Sequence record: KX534337
DNA from: Escherichia phage Greed
Reading direction: 5' to 3' (one strand)
DNA: 60,042 nt
The notes beneath the pieces were generated by a model. It saw only the letters and a program-made list of their open reading frames with translations. It made no database searches and was not told the origin of the DNA. Each line of letters starts with the position of its first letter. Within the stretch, counting starts at the first letter, position 1. Positions 17,148 to 26,943 of the stretch are shown piece by piece. The position numbers were made by a program, and so were the translations under genes.

Positions 17148-17229
17148 TCTCCTTAGATCAATTCTCCTTGCGCCGTATCAAGTTTCTCTGTTACCCTTGA
17201 GTGGTTCATGTCAAGCGGAGGAACTCGAT

Positions 17230-17667
17230 ATGGCACTTCAACCTCGTGGTATTCGTAATAACAATCCAGGCAATATTCGCTGGGGTGATAATTGGCAGGG
17301 CTTAGTTCCTGCTGATAAGCGAACCGATAAATCTTTTGCTCAATTCACGCAACCGATTTACGGCATTCGTGCGCTAGCGAAAATCCTGACAAACTACACC
17401 AAACGTGAAGGCTTGCCCAATGTAGGTAAGAAAAACATCGACACTGTACGTGAAATTATCGCTCGCTGGGCACCGCCTAACGAAAACGATACGGAAGCGT
17501 ATATTCGCTCTGTTGCTAAAGCAATTGGTGTTCAACCTAACGATCCAATTAATGTCTTCGACAAGGCAATTATGTCAGGATTGGTGAAAGCAATCATTCG
17601 TCATGAAAATGGCATGATGCCCTATACCGACGACGTAATTAACCGCGCTATTGCAATGGTACTTTAA
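17230..17667 (+). CDS. Hypothetical protein with NNPGNIR motif (candidate endolysin by position; track ORF starts at 16960)
   Basis: ATG at 17230 has a GGAGG RBS; lies immediately upstream of the holin; function not recognisable from sequence. Confidence 0.45.
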   Translation: MALQPRGIRNNNPGNIRWGDNWQGLVPADKRTDKSFAQFTQPIYGIRALAKILTNYTKREGLPNVGKKNIDTVREIIARWAPPNENDTEAYIRSVAKAIGVQPNDPINVFDKAIMSGLVKAIIRHENGMMPYTDDVINRAIAMVL

Positions 17668-17672
17668 CTGAC

Positions 17673-17693
17673 GGGGCGTTAGCCCCTTTTATT
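17673..17693 (+). terminator. Putative rho-independent terminator
   Basis: GGGGC/GCCCC stem with GTTA loop followed by TTTTATTT. Confidence 0.45.
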
Positions 17694-17703
17694 TGGAGGG
17701 AAC

Positions 17704-18048
17704 ATGTTCAATTCACCCAACGAACATTGGGCAGTTCTAGCGGGGTTTGCGTTTATCTCCCTCATTGGGGGAGCTCTCGGTTATGTCATGCGTACAATAG
17801 ACGCTGGTAAGAAAGTACGGGCAAGCATTGCGTTTCTTGAAGGCTTATCCGCCGCTTTCTTTGGCGTTATAATGTATGCGATCTACAGGGAGTTTAACAT
17901 CAGCCTTTGGTTCGCTTTTGGCCTTGCTGGCCTATTTGCTTGGGCAGGTTCACGTGCTACGCTAAAAGCCCTAACGTCGCTTATAGCTTCACGGACAGGG
18001 ATCAAACTCGATTCAGGGGACTGCAAACATGAAAACGATTCTAAATAA
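17704..18048 (+). CDS. Holin
   Basis: 114 aa with three hydrophobic helices and a charged C-terminus, directly upstream of the spanin pair. Confidence 0.6.
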   Translation: MFNSPNEHWAVLAGFAFISLIGGALGYVMRTIDAGKKVRASIAFLEGLSAAFFGVIMYAIYREFNISLWFAFGLAGLFAWAGSRATLKALTSLIASRTGIKLDSGDCKHENDSK

Positions 18049-18505
18049 CTTCTTCAGTTTTATAAAAACTAAACCGCGTCTGTTTATCGAGTATTTGATG
18101 ATCGGCGCGGTTGTGTTTTTATGCGGGGTGGCTGCATACTTGTGGTCACAGAACGAGCTTAGCAAAACTAATTTAAATCATGCTGAGCAAAGACTAACCG
18201 TTGTAGAACGGGACAATGCAAAGCTGGGCGAAGCTGTTGTATTTCTTGCATCCCAACGGGAGAAGGATACTGAATCCTATCGAAAATTGGCTTCAGCAAT
18301 TGAAAGTGAGCAACATAACCACAGGTTGCTTCAGGACAAATTAAAAGCACTGGAGAAAAGCAATGCCGACGTCAAAGCTTATCTTAATGAGCGTGTTCCT
18401 GATGATTTGCGCAGGCTGCTCGACGGAGATACAACCTCCACCACCGCCGCAGATAGTGAAGATAAAACTTCCGGCCCATCTGTTGGTAGAATGTCGGGAA
18501 GTTGA
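18029..18505 (+). CDS. Inner-membrane spanin (Rz-like)
   Basis: N-terminal transmembrane helix followed by a long charged, coiled-coil-like periplasmic region; the o-spanin overlaps in another frame. Confidence 0.6.
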   Translation: MKTILNNFFSFIKTKPRLFIEYLMIGAVVFLCGVAAYLWSQNELSKTNLNHAEQRLTVVERDNAKLGEAVVFLASQREKDTESYRKLASAIESEQHNHRLLQDKLKALEKSNADVKAYLNERVPDDLRRLLDGDTTSTTAADSEDKTSGPSVGRMSGS

Positions 18506-18668
18506 TAAATATCCTTTGGTTTATACAAGGGACATTATCCAACGTTTGCAGGATACAGAAACAGCTCTGACTGAATGTAAACTGAGGGTTAAGGAAATCA
18601 TACGCTATGAAGCTGAAAATGTTTCGCTTGATTTTGTAGGATCAAGCAATTATATTCAGCCTAAATAG
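18363..18668 (+). CDS. Outer-membrane lipoprotein spanin (Rz1-like), overlapping the i-spanin in another frame
   Basis: Signal peptide with lipobox-like ICAGCS followed by a PPPPP run, as in lambda Rz1; overlapped arrangement with the Rz-like gene. Confidence 0.55.
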   Translation: MPTSKLILMSVFLMICAGCSTEIQPPPPPQIVKIKLPAHLLVECREVDKYPLVYTRDIIQRLQDTETALTECKLRVKEIIRYEAENVSLDFVGSSNYIQPK

Positions 18669-18688
18669 CAATAAGAAAGGGGGCTTCC

Positions 18689-19246
18689 ATGAACGGGGCA
18701 AGTCAAGAGCAATATGATCCTGACTGGACGAATTACATCCAGTATGCAAATAGCTTGTCCGCTGAAGAGATGGCAATACGTGACAAAGTTGTTGCTGAGT
18801 ACATGTTCGACTACAATTGGACTAACGCTTGCATGAGATGCGGGTTCAATGCTATGTTTGCACAGGAGCTTGGCCAACGCTTTGCCACGGACTGTTATGT
18901 TCGATGGAAGCTCAAGGAGATTGAAAGATCCCGTGTTCAACGTACTTCTGAGCAAGCTAACATTGAAGCAGACCTTGAGCGTCAGCATATCATTGAAGCA
19001 TTAAAACGTGAAGCTCATTATACAGGACCGGGATCTTCTCAAGCTGCTAGAGTCGCCGCATTGGGCAAGCTTGCACAAATTTATGATTTGGATGCTCCCA
19101 AGAAGGCTAAGATTGATGTTACTAACAGAGGCGGCGTAATGATAGTCCCTGCTGTAGCAAATATTGACGAATGGGAAAAAACTGCATCCGAGTCTCAACA
19201 ACGACTAGTTAAAGAGACTGAAGATGGAGCTAAACCGACAATCTGA
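18689..19246 (+). CDS. terS: Putative terminase small subunit
   Basis: 185 aa ORF immediately upstream of and overlapping the large terminase; assignment by position. Confidence 0.45.
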   Translation: MNGASQEQYDPDWTNYIQYANSLSAEEMAIRDKVVAEYMFDYNWTNACMRCGFNAMFAQELGQRFATDCYVRWKLKEIERSRVQRTSEQANIEADLERQHIIEALKREAHYTGPGSSQAARVAALGKLAQIYDLDAPKKAKIDVTNRGGVMIVPAVANIDEWEKTASESQQRLVKETEDGAKPTI

Positions 19247-20783
19247 TAACATGCCGCGAGTCGTCTGGAAACCACATCCAGGTTCACAGACACTCGCTCT
19301 ATCCTGCCCCGCTGATATTATCCTATACCACGGAACTCGCGGTCCTGGAAAAACGGACTGCCAGCTTATGCGTTTCCGTAAGAACGTTGGCGTAGGGTAC
19401 GGTAAATTTTGGAAGGGTATTATATTCGACCGTGAATATAAAAACCTTGATGACCTTGTAACTAAATCCCAGCGTTGGTTTCCTGAATTTAAAGACGGGG
19501 CTAAATTCCTTAGCTCTAAGTCTGATTATAAATGGGTTTGGCCTACAGGTGAAGAGCTATTGTTCCGCGTTGCTTGTAAAGAAAAGGATTACTGGTCTTA
19601 TCACGGTCACGAATACCCATTTATCGGATGGAACGAATTAACAAAATATCCGGACGGGCGTTTGTTTGAAGCTATGATGTCCTGTAACCGTTCATCTTTC
19701 TTACCAGAAGATAACCCAATTATCAATCCAGATGGTACGGTCACATATTTACCGGATATCCCTCTGGAAGTGTTTGCCACCAGTAACCCGTTTGGTGCGG
19801 GGCATAACTGGGTTAAGAAACGCTTCATTGACGCTGCACCGATGGGTAAAATACTCAGGAAGACTACGCGAGTGTTTAACCCGAGGACGCAGAAAGACGA
19901 AGATGTGGTTACGACGCAATGCCATATCTTTGGTTCGTACCGTGAAAACAAAAACCTAAGTCCAAAATATATTGCAGAACTTATGTCTATCACAGACCCG
20001 AACAAGCGTGCTGCATGGTTGGGCGGGAGCTGGGATATTACATCCGGTGGTATGTTCGATGATCTGTGGCGTAGCACTGTTCACAAAGTACGACCATTCC
20101 CGATTCCAGCGAGTTGGAAGATTACACGTTCTTTCGACTGGGGTTCTTCAAAACCATTCTCTGTTGGTTGGTGGGCTATTAGTGATGGCTCTGATGTTGT
20201 GCGTGAAGATGGCACTACATTCTCCACGGTCCGCGGTGACCTGTTTAGGATTAACGAATGGTATGGGACCAACGGTAAAACAAATGAAGGTCTACATTTG
20301 CTGGACTCAGAAATTGCAAGCGGTATACTGGAGCGGGAATTGGCCTGGGGTATACACGATCGTGTAGTTCCTGGTCCTGCGGATAACTCCATTTGGGATC
20401 TGGAGAACAATAACTCCACCGCTGCAACAATGGCGAAGAAAATTCGTCTTAACGGGAAGTTATACAACGGTATACATTGGAAGCGCAGTGATAAGTCTGC
20501 TGGGTCACGTAAACGGGGCTGGCAGAAAATGCGTGAGTTTCTTAAAGCTGCACTGCGGGAAGATGCGAACGGTAAACCTTTGCCCGGTCCGCGCGAGAAT
20601 CCAGCAATGTACATTTTTGATAACTGCAACTATTTCTTTGAGCTGGTTCCAAGTCTACCTCGCGATGAAGTAGATCAGGACGACGTTGATACGGAATGTG
20701 AAGACCATATGGGTGATGAAGTTCGTTATATGGTTCTGGATCAAGCTGTTTATACAGGTGTTGGCAAAACTATCGGTATTTAA
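19224..20783 (+). CDS. terL: Terminase large subunit
   Basis: 519 aa; N-terminal Walker A YHGTRGPGKTD; size and position before the portal gene. Confidence 0.8.
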   Translation: MELNRQSDNMPRVVWKPHPGSQTLALSCPADIILYHGTRGPGKTDCQLMRFRKNVGVGYGKFWKGIIFDREYKNLDDLVTKSQRWFPEFKDGAKFLSSKSDYKWVWPTGEELLFRVACKEKDYWSYHGHEYPFIGWNELTKYPDGRLFEAMMSCNRSSFLPEDNPIINPDGTVTYLPDIPLEVFATSNPFGAGHNWVKKRFIDAAPMGKILRKTTRVFNPRTQKDEDVVTTQCHIFGSYRENKNLSPKYIAELMSITDPNKRAAWLGGSWDITSGGMFDDLWRSTVHKVRPFPIPASWKITRSFDWGSSKPFSVGWWAISDGSDVVREDGTTFSTVRGDLFRINEWYGTNGKTNEGLHLLDSEIASGILERELAWGIHDRVVPGPADNSIWDLENNNSTAATMAKKIRLNGKLYNGIHWKRSDKSAGSRKRGWQKMREFLKAALREDANGKPLPGPRENPAMYIFDNCNYFFELVPSLPRDEVDQDDVDTECEDHMGDEVRYMVLDQAVYTGVGKTIGI

Positions 20784-20794
20784 CTGGAGGGTAT

Positions 20795-22291
20795 ATGGGT
20801 ATTGATGCAACTCACCCGCTATATGACAAGTGGAAGGACGCATGGGTTAAGTGCAACGACTGCTATGAGGGTGAAGATAAAATTAAGGAAGAAGGTGTTA
20901 AATATCTACCACCTTTAGCTTCCATGATTATTGATGGGATGAATAATCCTAATGATTTGGGCTTTCAACGTTGGCTCGCTTATCGTCTGCGTGCTAACTT
21001 CCCTGACGATTATTCAAGTGCGGTTACAAACAATTTAGGTCTGCTACACCAGAAGCCTCCTACAATCCAGCTCCCACCTGAAATGGAATACATGCGGGAG
21101 CTGTGTACTGCGGACGGTGAAGACATTATTGCTCTGCTACGTCGCATCAATGAAATGCAGTTAAAAAATGGACGTTTGGGCCTGCTGCTGGACTTGCCGA
21201 AAGGTGAGGATGTAAATAACAGACCTTATATTAGCGTTTATGATGCTTTATCCATTATCAACTGGGATGATGGTAAAGATGAATTGGGCAATATCAACTT
21301 GAACATGGTTGTTCTGGATGAAAGCGGTCCTGTACGTGTCAATCAGTTTGACTGGAAAGAAGAGAAGCGTTATCGCGTTCTACAATTAGGTCCAATGGAC
21401 ACAGATGAAGTAGCAGGTGGAGCGGTCTACTCCCAACATCTGTTTATTAACAATACCAATTATGATGAAGGGCAAATGATTGCTCCTTATTATAAAGGTA
21501 ATACGCTGGATGAAATTCCTTTCCAGTTTGTCAATACAACAGATATTACCCCAGCACCGGAAGCGCCGCCATTGTTGGGTCTTGCTAACATTTGTCTAAG
21601 CATGTACCGAAGTGACGCGGATTACCGCCAATGCTTGCATATGCAGGGTCAGGATACTTTAGTTGTTGTTGGTGGCTCTGGCGAGAATGGGGATAAAGCC
21701 CCTCAACGTATTGGTCCTGGTGCGGTGATTAACGTTGCTCTTGGGGGTGACGCTAAATATGTAGGCGTTAGCGGCGATGGTTTGTCCGAGCAACGCCTTG
21801 CATTGGCGGCGGATAAGCAGGAAGCTCAGATTAAAGCTGGGCAGATGGTAAACAACACCAAGAGCACGCAGGAATCAGGCGAAGCTATGAAAACGCGTAT
21901 TGCTGCGCGTACCGCTAGCCTGATTCGAATTGCGTATACTGGTGCGGCAGGTTTGGAAAACTTGCTGAAGGTCTGCGCTAAATGGATGGGTGCTGATCCA
22001 GAGAAAGTTGTGGTTAAGCCTAATCTTGAATTTACCAAGAGCATGTTTAACGGTCAGGACTTTGTTCAAATTATTACTGCACGCAACCTTAAGGCTCCGA
22101 TCAGTTTGCAGTCTATTCATGGCTGGCTTGTTGATCAGGGCTTAACCACACTAAGCTTTGAAGAAGAAATGGCAATTCTTGAAGAAGAGCTTAAGAAGTG
22201 GCCTCTGCCCGATGATGCTAAAGCTGATTTAAACGCAGAGCAGCAAGTAAACAAAGATCCTAAGGAAGACGACGCTTCCGATAAAGAATAG
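20795..22291 (+). CDS. Portal protein
   Basis: 498 aa ORF directly after terL with an acidic C-terminus; standard gene order. Confidence 0.6.
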   Translation: MGIDATHPLYDKWKDAWVKCNDCYEGEDKIKEEGVKYLPPLASMIIDGMNNPNDLGFQRWLAYRLRANFPDDYSSAVTNNLGLLHQKPPTIQLPPEMEYMRELCTADGEDIIALLRRINEMQLKNGRLGLLLDLPKGEDVNNRPYISVYDALSIINWDDGKDELGNINLNMVVLDESGPVRVNQFDWKEEKRYRVLQLGPMDTDEVAGGAVYSQHLFINNTNYDEGQMIAPYYKGNTLDEIPFQFVNTTDITPAPEAPPLLGLANICLSMYRSDADYRQCLHMQGQDTLVVVGGSGENGDKAPQRIGPGAVINVALGGDAKYVGVSGDGLSEQRLALAADKQEAQIKAGQMVNNTKSTQESGEAMKTRIAARTASLIRIAYTGAAGLENLLKVCAKWMGADPEKVVVKPNLEFTKSMFNGQDFVQIITARNLKAPISLQSIHGWLVDQGLTTLSFEEEMAILEEELKKWPLPDDAKADLNAEQQVNKDPKEDDASDKE

Positions 22292-22386
22292 TTGCAACTT
22301 GCAAGTTGATCGGTTTATATTAACGAACACGGGGCTGGGACGGCTCAGCCCCAAAAACGTCACACGGGTGACAACGGAGATAAGAA

Positions 22387-23259
22387 ATGAAAAAGAGTTC
22401 TGTAGCTATTAGTGTTGGTATGGCTTTGATTAATCCACGCGCTCGCGGTGAAGGTGATGTGGAACTGGAATATGAATATGCATCTGCGGAAGAAATCCCG
22501 GCAGAGTTTGCTGCTCTTTACGCAGAGCAGGGCGGTAAATACGTTCTTGCAAAAGTTAAAGGTGTAGCCCCTGCTGATAGCGTTCGTCGTCTGGAAAGTG
22601 CGTTAGCTAAAGAACGTAACGACCATCGTCAGGTGAAGCAACAGATTAGCGCGCTTGGGCGTCCGGTTGAAGAAGTTCTTGCGGACCTTGATCGTATCCC
22701 TCAACTGGAAGCTGCCGCTAACGGTAAAGGTACTCCGGAAGACATCGAAAAGATGGTTAAAGCCCGTCTTGCTCCGCTCGAGCGTCAATTACAAACTGTA
22801 GCAGCTGAACGCGATTCCGTTAAGCAGGAAATTGAAGGCTACCGCACTCGCGAAACTAAAGCGAAGATTAAAGACGCAGTTATTGCTGCTGCATCCGGTG
22901 CTAAGCTGCGTCCGTCTGCTATCGAAGATGCGGTGACTTATGCACAGTTGCAAATGACCGTCGACGAGAACGGCAATGTGGTTACGAAAGATGGGGCTGG
23001 TGTAACTCCATACCTGACTCCGGCTGATTGGCTGAACGAAATCCTTCCGAAACGTCCGCACTGGGCTGAAGGATCTGCTGGTGGTGGTGCATCTGGTCCG
23101 GGCGCTGGCGGACATCACGGCGAAGACCCTTACAGTCACGACGGTTGGAACATCTCTAAACAGATGAATCTCTGGAAAACTAATCAATCTTTAGCTAAAC
23201 GCTTAGCTGAAAAGAATGGCGTAGACCCGCTGAAGCCTGTACGTCCTGCTAAGAAATAA
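22387..23259 (+). CDS. Putative scaffolding/head morphogenesis protein
   Basis: 290 aa, charged coiled-coil-like protein between portal and major capsid genes. Confidence 0.4.
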   Translation: MKKSSVAISVGMALINPRARGEGDVELEYEYASAEEIPAEFAALYAEQGGKYVLAKVKGVAPADSVRRLESALAKERNDHRQVKQQISALGRPVEEVLADLDRIPQLEAAANGKGTPEDIEKMVKARLAPLERQLQTVAAERDSVKQEIEGYRTRETKAKIKDAVIAAASGAKLRPSAIEDAVTYAQLQMTVDENGNVVTKDGAGVTPYLTPADWLNEILPKRPHWAEGSAGGGASGPGAGGHHGEDPYSHDGWNISKQMNLWKTNQSLAKRLAEKNGVDPLKPVRPAKK

Positions 23260-23273
23260 GTTGACATCCCGAC

Positions 23274-23305
23274 GTCCCTGATGTTAAGTTTCAACACATC
23301 AGGGA
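23274..23305 (+). promoter_or_regulatory. Stem-loop in the leader of the major capsid gene
   Basis: Inverted repeat GTCCCTGATGTT/AACACATCAGGGAC with 8-nt loop and no T-tract; lies in a 122-nt leader. Confidence 0.35.
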
Positions 23306-23381
23306 CACGGGTTCCTAAACAGCCTTCCACGGGGAAAGGCTACCAACAGTAAACAAATCAATCCTTTTCCTGGAGACAAGT

Positions 23382-24443
23382 ATGTCTAAATCTAAAATTA
23401 TTCTACCATTTGGTCGTGGTGAAACTGACCTGACTCGTTTGAAGGATGTCATTGTCCCTGAGATCTTCACTGGTTATGTGCAGACGCAGACCGCTGAACT
23501 TTCTGCTCTGATTCAATCCGGTGCGGTTGTAATGGACGAGCGTTTATCTGCTAACCTTGCTGGTGCAGGTCTGACTTTTAACGAGCCGTTCTATAACGAC
23601 CTGAAAGATGAAGACGAAGATATCGCTGTTGATAAAGGCGATCCGTCCAAACCGTCTAACATCACTACCGGATCTGAAGTTCAGGTTCGTATGAGTCGTT
23701 CAAAATCCTGGGGTTCTGCGGATCTGGTATCAGCTTTGATTGGTAACGACCCAATGACCGCTATCGGTAACCGCGTGTCTGCGTGGTGGGTCCGCCGTCT
23801 GCAAGCTGCATACATCGCAACCTGGAAAGGTGTATTTGCTAATGCGAAGAAATCTCATAACGACGATTTGACTTTCGACATCTCTGGTTCTTCTTTTGTA
23901 AATAACCAGACCAACTTTACCGCGTCTAACTTCATCAACGCAACTGCAACGATGGGTGATGCTGCCCGCGGTCTGACTATGATTATGGTACACTCTACCG
24001 TTCGTAACCGTATGCGTCAGTTGAACCTGATCGACTTCATTCCAGATGCTCGCGGTGAAACTCAGTTTGAGTATTATCAGGGTCTGCGTATTATTGAAGA
24101 CGACTCCATGCCACACGATCCGTCTGCTGGTGTGTTTGAAAGCTGGCTGTTCGGCCCGGGCGCAACTGCAATGGGTGCTGGATCACCGAAAGTTCCGACC
24201 GCTGTGGTGCGTGACGAAGCCGCTAACCAAGGCGCTGGTGAAGAAGTTCTTCACAACCGTGTTGAATGGATTCTGCATCCGGTTGGCCATGCTTGGGCTG
24301 CTGCTCAAACTGCTAAAGGTGGTCCGTCTAACGCTGCTACCACTAACAACCTGGCCCATGAAGATTCCTGGCGTCGTGCGTTCCCTGAGCGCAAGCAGCT
24401 TAAAGTTGCACGCCTGATCACTCGTGAGTATCAGGGTTCCTAA
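23382..24443 (+). CDS. Major capsid protein
   Basis: 353 aa; position after the scaffold-like gene, long leader, terminator immediately downstream. Confidence 0.6.
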   Translation: MSKSKIILPFGRGETDLTRLKDVIVPEIFTGYVQTQTAELSALIQSGAVVMDERLSANLAGAGLTFNEPFYNDLKDEDEDIAVDKGDPSKPSNITTGSEVQVRMSRSKSWGSADLVSALIGNDPMTAIGNRVSAWWVRRLQAAYIATWKGVFANAKKSHNDDLTFDISGSSFVNNQTNFTASNFINATATMGDAARGLTMIMVHSTVRNRMRQLNLIDFIPDARGETQFEYYQGLRIIEDDSMPHDPSAGVFESWLFGPGATAMGAGSPKVPTAVVRDEAANQGAGEEVLHNRVEWILHPVGHAWAAAQTAKGGPSNAATTNNLAHEDSWRRAFPERKQLKVARLITREYQGS

Positions 24444-24474
24444 GGCTTCACTCAACGCCGCGCTGTAGTATTTT

Positions 24475-24501
24475 GGGGACATCTTATGTCCCCTCTTTTT
24501 T
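24475..24501 (+). terminator. Rho-independent terminator after the major capsid gene
   Basis: GGGGACAT/ATGTCCCC stem with CTT loop followed by TCTTTTTT. Confidence 0.55.
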
Positions 24502-24513
24502 AGGAGAACAACC

Positions 24514-24837
24514 ATGCGTTATCAACGTTATGAACGACATGACTTGATGGAAAAATCGTTGCAGGTGGAGCCAATTTCAATTACTCTCGATCCTGCTACG
24601 ATTGACACCACAACTTCAGAAGTAAAAACGGTTACTGTTAAAATAAACTTTGTCCCAGGCGGAACTACAAACAAAGCGTATAGCGCGTCAGTTGACGGTT
24701 CCTCTGCTACAATTAAAGACAACGGGGACGGTACAATTACCGTGACCACAACCGAAAGCAGCGGTACTTCAAACTTGACAGTAACGTCCAAGGCAAAGGA
24801 TAGTGTTACTGGTACATGTGTTATTAATGTGACCTAA
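24514..24837 (+). CDS. Ig-like (Big_2-type) domain protein, possible capsid decoration
   Basis: 107 aa; Thr/Ser/Val-rich beta-strand pattern TVKINFVPGG...GTITVTTTESSG...TCVINVT typical of bacterial Ig-like domains. Confidence 0.45.
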   Translation: MRYQRYERHDLMEKSLQVEPISITLDPATIDTTTSEVKTVTVKINFVPGGTTNKAYSASVDGSSATIKDNGDGTITVTTTESSGTSNLTVTSKAKDSVTGTCVINVT

Positions 24838-24853
24838 AAATAAGGATTAAACA

Positions 24854-25507
24854 ATGAAGACATTAATTGAAGCATTGTTAGAACTTGATCCGGAAAACCC
24901 GAATCATTGGACCAGCGATGGCTTACCTAAAGTAGACGCTCTGCGTTTCGCTACCGCTAACCCGTCTTTAACCCGCGACGATATTACGACTGCTGCCCCT
25001 CTATTCACCCGCGATAACCGCGTGCTGGAAGAGCCCGAGCCAGTGGAACCTGTTAAATCTGCTGATCCAGTTTTACATGAAGCTGTCAAACAGGAGAAAG
25101 CTCATGAAGAACAAAAGAAAGTCGCGGTTGCAACGATGCAAATCGAAGTTAAGATTAGCGAAGCACTGCGTGCTCTTCTGGAGCCGGAAAAAATCGGTGA
25201 CGCTTCCAGCTTAACCGATGAAGAAATGAAAGCGAAGCGCGAAAAGCTTAGCAATGTGGTTAAAGAGATTGCCCACACTAAGCACGCGTTAGAGATCGCT
25301 ATCGCAGACGTTCAAGCGGATCTGGATAAGATTATCGTTGAGCAGGAGCGTCGTCGTCCTAAGTCCGGTCTTACTGCAACTCAGATGTATCTTGAAGCGC
25401 AGAAAAAACGTAAACCGGAAGACATGCTTTCTGACCATCGCTTCCAGAACCCTATTGACGATCCGGTCGCCCGTATGGTTGCACGTAATATGATGCGTCG
25501 AGGTTAA
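24854..25507 (+). CDS. Hypothetical structural-module protein (217 aa)
   Basis: Charged, helical-looking ORF between capsid and connector genes. Confidence 0.45.
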   Translation: MKTLIEALLELDPENPNHWTSDGLPKVDALRFATANPSLTRDDITTAAPLFTRDNRVLEEPEPVEPVKSADPVLHEAVKQEKAHEEQKKVAVATMQIEVKISEALRALLEPEKIGDASSLTDEEMKAKREKLSNVVKEIAHTKHALEIAIADVQADLDKIIVEQERRRPKSGLTATQMYLEAQKKRKPEDMLSDHRFQNPIDDPVARMVARNMMRRG

Positions 25508-25645
25508 CCATGGAAATGAGCCATAGACAATATGTGTTGTGGCTCCTCCGACGTAATAGAAAACGGCGTCAAGAAGACGCCGTTTCTGTTCCTGAAGAAG
25601 AGCTCCCGCCGCTTATCCCTACAACCATCGCAATGAGGAAGAAAG

Positions 25646-26152
25646 ATGGAGATTCCACTGATAGTTGAAGATGGTACTGGTGTACCGGACGCCAACAGTT
25701 ATGTTACCATTGAACAAGTCCGCATGTATGCAGCAATGCGAGGTATTGTACTTCCAAGTGAAGACGAAGATCTAAAGACAAAGATCTTTGACGCTATGGA
25801 TTTTGTGGAAGGGTACAGCCAACGCTTTAAAGGTTATAAAATTAACCCACAGCAACCGCTAAATTGGCCACGCTACGGGGTGTTTGTGGACGGGTTCGAG
25901 CTACCCCAAAGCCCCTTACCAAAGGCGCTTATAAACGCTGTTTGCCAGCTTACAGCGGACTCAGCTACTGGCGGTCCTCTTAATGGGAAAACTACTGCAT
26001 ATGCAGTCAAAAGAACTAAAGTAGAAGGTCTTGAGATTGAATACGCAACTGGTAGCACAGCACAGTCAGGTCCAGCAAAAACATATGATAAAGCTATGAC
26101 GTTTTTATCACCTTTGCTGGGTTATCAAATGGGTAATAGACTGATACGGTGA
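25646..26152 (+). CDS. Putative head-tail connector/adaptor protein
   Basis: 168 aa ORF in the canonical position after capsid genes; assignment by synteny. Confidence 0.4.
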   Translation: MEIPLIVEDGTGVPDANSYVTIEQVRMYAAMRGIVLPSEDEDLKTKIFDAMDFVEGYSQRFKGYKINPQQPLNWPRYGVFVDGFELPQSPLPKALINAVCQLTADSATGGPLNGKTTAYAVKRTKVEGLEIEYATGSTAQSGPAKTYDKAMTFLSPLLGYQMGNRLIR

Positions 26153-26155
26153 TTT

Positions 26156-26536
26156 ATGAGCTTTCCTTACGAGCAGCTAGTTGAAGCTGCAAAGCAAATG
26201 ATCAACGATGCAGGTGTTAACTGTACCCTTGTGGTTATGGAGCAAGGGGAAGGTCAAGATGAATGGGACGATCCAAGCGTTGAAAAACGATACCCATTCA
26301 TCGGAGCTTTCCTTTCACCGAAGGAAAAGATGATTGGTGGCAGTCTTGTTTCTGCTGGTGAACTGAAAGTGTTGACTTACCCAATGACACCTCCATTGAC
26401 TCGCGATAAAGCAATGACTGCACGCATTGAGCGTGTGTCACCGGATGGGGAACTGGAAGTGTGGACAATAAATGAGTTTGTTGATACACGACCAGCTAAC
26501 GTTTCTGTTTTTTACACTTTTAAGGTCACGCGATAA
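26156..26536 (+). CDS. Putative head closure protein
   Basis: 126 aa, tightly coupled; synteny-based. Confidence 0.35.
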   Translation: MSFPYEQLVEAAKQMINDAGVNCTLVVMEQGEGQDEWDDPSVEKRYPFIGAFLSPKEKMIGGSLVSAGELKVLTYPMTPPLTRDKAMTARIERVSPDGELEVWTINEFVDTRPANVSVFYTFKVTR

Positions 26537-26943
26537 TGGGATTCGGGGCGGATATTCGACGTGCAAGTCAGAAGGTACTTGTTCAGACAAGCGAGCAGGC
26601 CAAAAAAGTCGTTGTCAAGTTCACAGAGAACGTGATACAGGATACTCCTGTTAAGACCGGACGCACAAAAGGTGGTTGGCGGTCATCCATTGGTGCGCCG
26701 TATGCAACGGAAACTATCCGCCTCGATCCTACTGGAGAGATGGCTAAAGCTGAAGCCCGAGTTGTTGCACGCCAACTACCTAATGATAAAGACTGGACTT
26801 TCTATTTTAGCAACCTGACACCATATGCTGGCAAACTGGAGTTCTTAGGTTGGTCACAGCAAGCCCCGAACGGTATGGTTCGTATTAACGTAGCGAAGCT
26901 TCCAATGTTGATACGTCAAGCTATAGCAGAAGGAAAACTATAA
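26536..26943 (+). CDS. Putative neck/tail completion protein
   Basis: 135 aa; ATGA-type overlap with the upstream gene; synteny-based. Confidence 0.35.
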   Translation: MGFGADIRRASQKVLVQTSEQAKKVVVKFTENVIQDTPVKTGRTKGGWRSSIGAPYATETIRLDPTGEMAKAEARVVARQLPNDKDWTFYFSNLTPYAGKLEFLGWSQQAPNGMVRINVAKLPMLIRQAIAEGKL

